Shown one piece after another: positions 57,130-64,000 of a DNA stretch of 64,000 bases. Below the pieces are notes generated by a model. That model saw only the letters and a list, made by a program, of their open reading frames with translations, searched no databases and was not told the DNA's origin. The stretch is from the human T2T-CHM13v2.0 reference genome, Homo sapiens: NCBI RefSeq assembly GCF_009914755.1, contig NC_060928.1. One strand, given 5' to 3'. The position numbers were made by a program, and so were the translations under genes. Within the stretch, counting starts at the first letter, position 1; each line of letters opens with the position of its first letter.

Positions 57130-57465
57130 TCAGCTGCAGGCTGGGAGTTCTTCTGACCCAGAATAGCTTTGGTTGCAATTGTTTGTCTGCTCCACAGTTT
57201 TGTATCCTCCGGCAGGCTAGCCCCAGCTTGTTTATTTACATCAGAACCAGGCAAAGTCCCAAAAGTGAGTGGGAAAAGACTTGGAACTGGCATCTCACAG
57301 CTTCTGCCACATCATTGGTCAAAGCACATCACCAGACCAACCCAGATCCAAAGACTGGGGGAAAGACTGCATGTCTTGATGGGAGGTGCTGCAGAGTTAT
57401 ATGCAAAAGGGCATGAACATGGTGAGATGTGGAAAGAAATGTGTCCATTATCGCAATCTATCATA
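57130..57465 (-). mobile_element. MLT1H-type LTR fragment
   Basis: cttctgccacatcattggtcaaagca...tcttgatgggaggtgctgcagag...gcaatctatcata. Confidence 0.7.
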
Positions 57466-58009
57466 TTGCTCCAAAATAAATTGTAGACATTTTACCATGA
57501 GTTCGTCATGAGAACTCAGATGCTCAATCTTCAGGCATAGGCTCAGAAACAGCCTGTCAGCCCCTTGGAAGTGACAGACTATGAGCTTTTCTTTTTTAAG
57601 AAAACCGGTTAGCCATGTAATTTGCCTCATATGTCCTTGGAAGAACTAACCTGGCATTGCTTTTCTCACACTATCTGCCTGAGCCTTCCCACACTCATAG
57701 TAGGGGTGCTGAGTGGCAGTCCTATGGACGGTCATTATGCAGCAGCTGCAATGCTCTTACCAAAGCAGGGATAGCAAATGGGCATGATGCAGCTCCTGAA
57801 TGCCAACCTTGCCACAGGCCCATCAAACCATCTAAGTTAGGGTGGGTAGCTTAGCTAGGATCCAGAATTGTTGGGGTTACCAGAAAGGGCAGAGCCAGTG
57901 CCCTCAGGGTTGGGAGAGGATCAGAATGTCAATTCTTTCCCATCTTAGTCATAGCTAGGGTGGGAATTCAAACTGACTCAAGGGAAAGAGAATATGGTTA
58001 TTTAAATCT

Positions 58010-58240
58010 GGTATCATTAAAGAGCACAGGAGATATAGTCAGAATTGGTGTGAATCCCAGTTCTGCTGTTTACTCACTCTATGACCTTGGATGACTTGCT
58101 TACCACTCCTGGTTTCCATTCTTCCAATCTTCCTAATGGGGACAATAATATTTAATTTACAATGATACAATGAGGACTGGATTAAGGATATACCATATGT
58201 AAAACACGTGACAGGTGGGCACTCAATAAATGTATATTTC
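58010..58240 (+). mobile_element. MIR
   Basis: gtgtgaatcccagttctgct...tatgaccttggatgacttgctt...ggcactcaataaatg. Confidence 0.85.
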
Positions 58241-58929
58241 ACATTCTATCATACTAGCAGCCTTCTAAAATGGGGTATTAATAGAACAAATCAGAATGAG
58301 ACGTTTAAATAGTGAAGTTGAATACCTTCTTTTTGAAGTAGTAGGATCTGTGCACTAACTAGAGATGATGAAAAAAAATGGTTGCACTTGAAACTTCAGA
58401 AAACCCTACTCATATAAATGCCACCCCTACTTTCCAATACATTTGGCCCCATTATGACTTCTTATTTCTCAGCTTTTCTTTTATTGGCTTATCCGGATAG
58501 TCAGATTATTGAGAGTTCTGTATGACTATGAAACCAAAGCATGGTAGAACACTTAGGGTCTGAACTCAAGCTTTCTGTTTCCATATTAAGTCACTTAGGT
58601 TAGGGAGAAGACTCAAAGCTGCCACTAATGCAGAGCAAGTCCTAGAAGCTGGCTTATCGCAGGACCAGCTTTGGTTTCAGGCAGAACTTACACTAAGGTT
58701 CCTAAACTATCTTTTTATCTTTCCATTAAGAATAACCCAAGAGTATTTTTTTTCAGCCAAGGTTTACACTGGAATATAAATTTTATTTAGTACAATTCTC
58801 AATAACTTACTAAATACGTATATGTGAGAGGTAAGGTGATATTACTAACAACTAGTATTTATTTGATGTCCACCATGTGTCAGGAACATTGAACACAATG
58901 TATCTAATACTCACTATGACTCTAAGAAT

Positions 58930-61368
58930 GGTGTATGGTTAAGGTGAGGTTGGGCTAAAGGTAAGGGAGACTCAAAATGTAACAGTGGCTTATGCAAAAG
59001 TTTACTGCTCTGTCTTTGTAAGTTCCAAGACAGAAAATAAGCTTATATACTGACTGTGTTCCAAACCATTTTCAAGAACCCAAGCTCCTCTGAATGTGAA
59101 GTTTATTCCCAAGATATCTTCAGAGTTCAAAATTATTGTTTGGCTGACAGCCACTATGCCCACGTTCCAGCCAGCAGGGCAACATAAGGACCAACAATAA
59201 AGGTAAAGGGTGTGATCCACTTGTTTTTTTTTTTTTTTAAAAAAAAAAAACTAATAAATAAATAAATTTGATAAATAAACTTACAAAATTTATTTATCAA
59301 ATCTAGAAGTCTTTTGGGGAGTTCTTGGGGTTTTCTACGTATAAGATCATATCATTAGCAAACAGAGATAATTTGACTTCCTTTTTGCCAGTTTGGATGC
59401 CTTTAATAAGCAGCATTTCTATACATCAAAAATAAGCAAGGTGAGAACCAAATTAAGAAGTGAATCCCATTTACAATAGCTATAACAACAATACAACAAC
59501 AACAACAACAACACCTAGGAATATATTTAACCAAGAAGGTAAAAGATCTTCACAAGGAAAACTACAAAACGCTGATGAAAGAAATTGTGGGTGATACATA
59601 CAAATGGAAGAACATTCCATGCTCATGGACTAGAAGAATCAATATTGTTAAAATGACCATACACTCAAAGCAATTAATAGGTACAATGAAATGAATATCA
59701 AAATCCCAATGTCATTTTTCACAGAATTAGAGAGAAAAAAAAAGCACTAAATTTCATATGGAACCAAAAAAGAGCCCAAATAATCAAGGTAATCCTAAGA
59801 AAAACGAACAAAGCTGGAAACATTACATTAACTGATTTCAAATTATACTACAAGGTTATAATAATCAAAACAGCAAGGTACCATTATAAAAATAGACATA
59901 GATTAATGGAACAGAATAGAAAACCTAGAAATAAATCCAAATACCTACAGACAACTCATCTTTGACAAAGTTGACAAAAACACACTGGGGAAAGAACACG
60001 CTATTCAATGAATGGTGCTGAGAAAATTAGCTCGCCAAGTGGAGTGAAACTAAAACCCTACCTCTTACCATACATAAAATTTAACTCAAGATGGATTAAA
60101 GACTTAAATGTAAGTCCCGAAACTATAAAAAATACTAGGAAAAAGCCTAGGAAAAATTCTTCTAGACATAGGCCTAGGTAAAGAATTCATGACTAAGACC
60201 TCAAAAGCAAATTTAAAAAAATAGACTTAAATAAAAATCAACAGAGTAAAATGCCACCTGCATATTGGGAGAAAATATTTGCAAACTATATATTCAATGA
60301 AAGACTAATATCCGGAACCTACAAGGAACTCAATTCAACAGCAAAAACCAAACCATACCACTGAAAAATGAACAAAGGGCACAAACAGACATTTTTTAAA
60401 GGAAGACATAAAAATGGCCAAGAAACACATGAAAAAATCCTCAACATAACTAATCATCAGAGAAATGCAAGTTAAAACCACAATGAGATACCATCTTAAA
60501 CCAGTCAGAACAGCTATTAAAAAGTCAAGAAAAATAATAGATGTTGGTGAGGATGTGGAAAAAAGCAAATTGTTTATACACTGTTGGTAGGAACGTACAT
60601 TAGTGCCAACTCTATGGAAACCAGTATGGAGATTTCCCAAAGAACTAAAAGCAGATCCACCATTTGATCCAGCTATCCTACTACTGGGTATATCCCAAAG
60701 GAAAAGAAATCGCAATATCAAAAAGATACCTGCACCTGTATGTTTATCACAGGACTATTCATAATATCAAAGATATGGCATCAACCTAAGTGTCCATTAA
60801 TGGATGATTGGATGAGGAAAATGTAGTATATACATATATACGATGTACTACTACTTGGCCACAAAAAAAAGAATAAAATCATGCAGCAATGTGGATGAAC
60901 TTAAGCCTATCTAAAGTGAAATAACTCAGAAACACAAAGTCAAATGCCACATGTTCTTACTTATAAGTGGCAGCTAAATAATGTGTACATATGGACATAG
61001 AGTGTGGAATAATAGACACTGGAGACTCAGAAGGGTGGGAGAGGGGCGAGGAATAAGGAATTACTTAACAGGTACAATGTGTACTATTCAGATAATGGCT
61101 ATACCAAAAGCCCAGACTTTACCACTATGCAGAACATCTATGTAACAAAATAGTACCTGTACCTACTAAGCCTACAAAAAATAAAAAAAAAAATTAAAAA
61201 CATTTTCCAAGTAAGGACCTATGACACTTCAGCATGAATATCACTAGCCAACACTTAGTCAAAGGCTTTAAGAGTACCTGGAAAATGTACTCTTCATTCT
61301 GGCTAGTGATTTTCTAAGAAGAAAGAAGAAAATAGATACTGAGGGAAAATTAGCAGTCTAGGCCATTG
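58930..61368 (-). mobile_element. MLT1J-type LTR split by the L1MA insertion (58930-59222 and ~61200-61368)
   Basis: aacagtggctta, cacgttccagccagcagg; resumes at cacttcagcatgaatatcactagcc...ctggaaaatgtactctt. Confidence 0.6.
59288..61200 (+). mobile_element. 5'-truncated L1MA1/2-type element with inverted 5' segment (59288-59405)
   Basis: Sense ORF2/3'UTR from ~59406 to the A-tail; 5' piece is the reverse complement of the FADD-region sequence. Confidence 0.9.
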
Positions 61369-63101
61369 TTATTAAAATCTTCAAAATACAGAGTAGAAAC
61401 AGCCTCAGAGATGTTGTCACTTGCTTAGCTAATCCAGATTTGAGCCCAGGGTTGTGTGAGTTTATTTCATTCTTTCTACTAAATTCTATTGTTATAAATC
61501 CATTCTTTCTATAGGGATCAAGGCCATAGACAATGCCATTAATGAATGGATTAGTGGAGTGGAGTTCCAGATATGCCCCATCCCAAACTTCAAACCTCCT
61601 TCTTCCACTGTTTTACAGCAAGGTTATGACTAAGGATAATTATTACATTGCCAGTGATCTTTAAAAAAAATCACAAAAACTCTCCCCTTTAGTATTCTCA
61701 TCTGTACAATAGGTATAATACCTATTAAAAATCAGTATCAAGGGCTTTAGTATATGTAAAAGAGATATATAAACAGAACAATACTGTAAACAGATGTTAG
61801 CACATTTTGTTATTTTATGTAAGGCATTGAGTACATTATTTTATGTAAGTGGGTCCTCATAGGAGGAGGAGATGTATTTCTGCAAGGGGCAAGCTTTAAA
61901 TGTTTCATGAATGCAGCGGCACTTTTATTTATTTGTCAGTCAGGGACTGAGGAAGAAGGTGCTCTGGACTAGGGGCACCCACAGTATAGAGACAATAGAG
62001 TTTGCCAGGACATGGTGTTTGGGGAAGACTAAGGAAATGAAAAAGAATAAACCCCCATGAATCACTGATGACGGGCAGATATCCTTGCAATTATGTGGCT
62101 ATTCTGGGTGACCTTCATTCTCAAGGTCATCTTATGGTAATGATAAAAGGTGGCTACTCTAGCCACTTTGTTCACCATTGTCTTGCCCAAGCAGCTTATC
62201 TAAAAGAGACGAGAGAGGTAAATGAAAGAAGTTATGGTGACTCTGATGGGGAACTATACAGCCCATTCCTAGGAGAGTTACAAAAGATGTGTTCATTAGG
62301 GATACAACAAAGGACCTAGGAAAGAGAAGGTCTAGCTCCATATCCAAGTGAGTAAAGGCTAGGATTATGCAATAGCTAATTTCAAATAGTCCTATATTCT
62401 GAGGATTCCCAGATTTTTATGTTCTTATTCCTTTACTCCTAGTCTCATCTGTAACATTCTCAAAAGACTTCAAGAGAGTTTTGTGTTATCTTAGTAACAT
62501 GATAGTAAGAAGGGCACCTGTGTCACCATCCACAGTGGCCAGGAATGAAGGGAGTGTTGTGTGGGACATAGGAAAGGGAGAAGCAATAGGGAAAAGCAGG
62601 CAGGCTGGTCCCAGAAGCCAAGTGGACAGATTCATAAGACTGACTGGGTTTTCCAGAGCTGGAACCTCCTGAAAAATCCTCAGCTTTCCCTCGCCCAGCC
62701 TTCCCCCTTAGCTTAAGCCTAAGATGCATGTTCAAGATGTATGAAAGGTCTACATGTCTAGACTTCTCTCCCGAGACAAAGGGAAGGTGCCTAGGTGCAT
62801 GAAGTCTGAGATGTATACAATTTGGGACAACCTCTTCAAGAAATAGAATACAAACTTGGGGATATAGAATTAATTATGGAGCCTTGGAACAAAGTGAAAG
62901 AAAAAATAAGGCAAAGAGAACACCATATAAGAAAATACTGAATGGGACTCACGTGATTGGATTCTACAATTGACTTTATCATTAACCAATCATGTGAAAA
63001 TAAATGCATCACTCTCCTCACTGAGCCTAAGGTTTATTCTGGAAAATGGTGTCTCCTCCCCCATCTCCATCAGTCAGGGTCAAGGAAGGAAATAGATGGT
63101 T

Positions 63102-63460
63102 TGATATGGTTGGGCTCTGTGTCCCCACCCAAATCTCACCTTGAATTATAATAATCCCCACGTGATATGGGAGGGACCTGGTGGGAGGTAACTGAATCAT
63201 GGGGGCAGGTTTTTCCTGTGTTGTTCGTGATAGTGAAGAAGTCTTATGAGATCTGATGGTTTTATAAAACGCAGCTCCCCTGCACATGCCCTCTTGCCTG
63301 CCACCATGTAGGGGAGGCCATTGCCCCTCCTTCACCTTCTGCCATTATTGTGAGGCCTCCTCAGCCATGTGGAACTGTGAGTCCATTAAACCTCTTTTTT
63401 AAAAAAAATTACCCCAGTCTCAGGTATTTCTTCATAGCAATATGAAAATGGACTAATACA
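63102..63460 (+). mobile_element. THE1C-type solo LTR
   Basis: tgatatggttgggctctgtgtccccacccaaatctc...ggactaataca; TSD TGGTT at 63097-63101 and 63461-63465. Confidence 0.93.
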
Positions 63461-63599
63461 TGGTTCATTCTAATTGGATCATAGCAGAAGGATTTGGTAG
63501 GTGAGGCCTGGATGAGGATAAAGTATAAGGAATTCTAGTAGAGTACCCAGGACTTGCAAAATGGAGAGTTGTCTCCAATGCTAGGCCTGAAAGGACAAG

Positions 63600-63880
63600 G
63601 ATTGAGAGTAAGTACTGAACCTTAGAGAGGGTAATAGTATGGAGAGGGCTTCCAGATGCCACCAACATTGAGCAACCTAAAGAAAAGGAGTTGGGGAAAT
63701 AAATACTCCATTGTCATTCGCCTCTCACCCACTACCTTCTGCTGAGGGTCCGTGTCCAAGAAACTCATCCAGAATTGTGAAGACAGAGGAACCCACTGAT
63801 GTGATCTATAAAGGTTGCTCTCCTGAGGCATAGAGGAGGAAAGAGAAGGGTGGAAGTGGGTCTGAAGGAGCAAAGTAGCA
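63600..63880 (-). mobile_element. LTR33-like ERVL LTR fragment
   Basis: ggaaataaatactcc...cccactgatgtgatctataaagg...gagaagggtggaagtgggtctgaaggagcaaa. Confidence 0.6.
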
Positions 63881-64000
63881 GTAAAGATTTCTGGTTCTCT
63901 TTAGACCTGGCGGGCTAATGGTCTGTCTGTATAGAAGATCTCCAAAAGTTTGCTGACTTACAACATGAATTTGGTAAACTTATCTCCTCCTTTTCCTTCT

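Overview
Human genomic DNA (it carries a human-specific L1HS-Ta element), intergenic or deep-intronic and dominated by transposable elements. I found no credible host protein-coding exon; the ORF track is explained by L1, Alu, MaLR and simple-repeat frames. Main elements: a near-full-length L1PA7-type LINE (4452-10666); a full-length L1HS Ta-1nd (41059-47139) with frameshifted ORF1, a premature ORF2 stop, intact ORF0 and a short 3'-transduction-like tag; two complete THE1 proviruses; many solo MaLR/ERVL LTRs; five Alus; L2/MIR relics; and MER44A and MER63 DNA transposon remnants. I found no new gene system. The best unexplained signals are: (1) a homogeneous 22-bp minisatellite forming 15 CATATG E-boxes phased exactly 11 bp apart; (2) three apparent locally templated insertions copied from elements 1.7-15 kb upstream, plus a fold-back micro-inversion, mostly clustered at 21.8-23.9 kb; (3) an 86-nt pre-miRNA/MITE-like hairpin just downstream of the L1HS; (4) two ancient L1MA insertions with twin-priming 5' inversions. 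Subfamily names come from recalled consensus sequences, not a database search.
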